Of a stretch of DNA of 41,529 nt, positions 41,435 through 41,529 are shown in pieces (position 1 is the first letter of the stretch; each line of letters opens with the position of its first letter). Origin of the DNA: a virus; the IMG/VR virus record IMGVR_UViG_3300009515_000004, positions 1-41,529 of that record; one strand, 5' to 3'. The translations under genes and the position numbers were made by a program. Below the pieces are notes generated by a model, which saw nothing but the letters and a program-made list of their open reading frames with translations, made no database searches and was not told the origin of the DNA.

Positions 41435-41529
41435 AGGACGTCTTCTACGAGGGCGAGGTGTTCGTGACGTACCACGCGGTGAGCGGCGTGATCCGCTGGT
41501 TCACCACCGATCGGCGCATCGGGTTCGAA
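41431..41529. repeat. Right copy of the 99-bp terminal direct repeat (duplicate of the 5' part of CDS 1..198)
   Basis: Identical to 1..99. The ATG at 41431 overlaps the stop of ORF 41186..41434 (ATGA). Confidence 0.95.

Larger units (their letters stand above)
1..41529. mobile_element. Complete dsDNA tailed-phage genome with a podovirus-type, T7-like virion module. Circularly closed or terminally redundant assembly, unit length 41,430 bp.
   Basis: 1..99 is identical to 41431..41529 and an ORF continues across the junction. Every recognisable gene is phage-type: terminase, portal, capsid, nozzle, RecT, integrase, endolysin. Confidence 0.85.

Noticed and set aside
1-41529. CRISPR arrays, rRNA or tRNA genes, transposase or IS elements
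   Set aside because: I saw no regularly spaced direct repeats with unique spacers, no cloverleaf-compatible sequences and no transposase-like ORFs on either strand.

Overview
The window is one complete, GC-rich dsDNA tailed-phage genome. The first 99 nt are identical to the last 99 nt (1..99 = 41431..41529), so the unit length is 41,430 bp and an ORF runs across the junction. This fits a circularly closed or terminally redundant assembly.

Layout:
- Early plus-strand operon, 40026 -> wrap -> 4439. It is tightly packed with ATGA/GTGA start-stop overlaps. It carries a RadC-like JAB protein, an orphan C5 cytosine methyltransferase and many small Cys-rich or membrane proteins.
- Low-GC minus-strand two-gene insert, 4541..5101, including a RebB/killing-trait-like protein.
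- A minimal (about 200 aa) tyrosine recombinase, followed by a DUF1064-like nuclease.
- A minus-strand Cro/YdaS-like HTH operon.
- A YqaJ-exonuclease/RecT recombination pair.
- A 23-kb minus-strand late operon, 32900 -> 9546. Gene order is TerS, TerL, small protein, GNAT, small protein, portal, Bbp19-like, scaffold, major capsid, four tandem paralogues, adaptor, adaptor fusion, nozzle, three internal-core proteins, tail fibre, three membrane proteins. From the portal onward this matches the T7 virion-gene order.
- A plus-strand block, 32924..38469, with an M15 peptidase, an SGNH esterase, a run of small genes joined by a conserved junction cassette, a nuclease-fold protein and a secreted TSP3/dockerin-like moron.
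- Short units at 38775..39760.

No RNA polymerase, DNA polymerase, primase/helicase, tRNA, CRISPR array or reverse transcriptase is visible.

Most unusual items:
- Four paralogous genes between the capsid and adaptor genes.
- A duplicated adaptor gene, one copy with a 400-aa extension.
- A GNAT gene bracketed by two small paralogues between terL and portal.
- A conserved 16-23-nt gene-junction cassette, GGAGGAGAAGCCGTGA.
- An iterated CTACCCGCG motif in front of the early operon, with dispersed copies elsewhere.
- The low-GC RebB-like insert next to the minimal recombinase.

All family assignments rest on motif recognition by eye. No searches were run.
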